The notes under the pieces were generated by a model. That model ran no database searches. It was not told the DNA's origin and was given only the letters and a program-made list of their open reading frames with translations. Positions 63,246 to 64,000 of a stretch of 64,000 bases of DNA are shown one piece after another. Origin of the DNA: Chrysomallon squamiferum (taxonomy: Eukaryota; Animalia; Mollusca); contig CM022670.1 in NCBI GenBank assembly GCA_012295275.1, positions 34,100,001 to 34,164,000 of the forward strand, in the 5' to 3' direction. Every line of letters begins with the position of its first letter. The stretch's first letter is position 1. A program made the position numbers and the translations under genes.

Positions 63246-64000
63246 GAAGCCTGAATAATGATGAAGATGAAGATAATACTTGTAATAATAATAATAATAA
63301 TGATAATGATGATGATGATGATGATGATGATGGGACTTATAATAATGCCAACAGAATAACAAATAAAATAAAAGAAAATTAGAATTAGAAAAGATTATTG
63401 TTTAATTGGAATTATTATTTTTCGGTTCATGTTATTATTTTTATTATTATTATTATTTATGTTATATTTATCTATCTGCAACATCTGAAAAATAACATTT
63501 TTCTAAATGTAAACTTTGGACGTATATATATATGGGTTTTTTCTTCCGGGCAGACAAAAAAGAAACGGTCTGGTAAAAAAAATTTTTTTTAGTAAGTATG
63601 TATGTAAATATGTGTGTCAACAAATAAATTGCTGGTAGCTTGACTGTCAACAAGTATGTCCGGATTGAACAAGCGTTTTGCACTGTCAAACATGACAGAT
63701 GAACCGAAAACATGTGACGCCAGTGAACAGCGTCGACAACATTCTTTTTCTCTTTTTCTTTTCTTTATTTGTTGATGTTGGCAGAGTTTAAAGTCCCACA
63801 ATAAAATGTATGGAATTTTTTTTAGAAAATACAATTTCTAATAATAGAACAATTTGTTAGTGAAGGTGTTGGTGACGGTAGATTTAGTGGTTATTGTTAT
63901 AGTAGTTGTTGTGTTTCGTATTGTTATTGTAATAGTAGTAGTAGTGGTAGTTCTACCAATGGTCGTAATAGAGGTAACTGACATATTAGTAAAAGTAGTA

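Noticed and set aside
62746-63834. First (signal peptide) exon of the guanylyl cyclase
   Set aside because: A phase-0 donor near 62815 is compatible, but no convincing ATG plus signal peptide was found, so the 5' end is left unresolved.

Overview
This is AT-rich, microsatellite-dense eukaryotic DNA, most likely a gastropod mollusc (inferred from a CYP10-like P450 and degenerate mollusc-type SINEs). Six genes can be reconstructed by hand from splice sites and reading phase. They are: two tandem, intronless, highly divergent 7TM GPCR-like genes (minus); RMI2 (3 coding exons, minus); head-to-head with it, RCHY1/Pirh2 (8 coding exons, plus, with a 1-nt frameshift in an A10 run); an 11-exon mitochondrial-clan cytochrome P450 (CYP10-like, minus); and a single-pass receptor guanylyl cyclase of at least 19 exons (minus, 5' end unresolved). 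The cyclase's short Cys/His-rich ectodomain is not the usual natriuretic-peptide-receptor domain. Mobile and repeat content includes a hAT-type non-autonomous element with a perfect 8-bp TSD, a Tigger/pogo remnant, SINE remnants, minisatellites and several inverted repeats. The most notable points are the atypical cyclase ectodomain, a GC-AG intron, a recurring pattern of locally duplicated splice sites in three genes, and a direct-plus-inverted duplication joined at (TA)n tracts. No CRISPR or prokaryotic system was seen. Family assignments come from motif recognition and recall, not from database searches.
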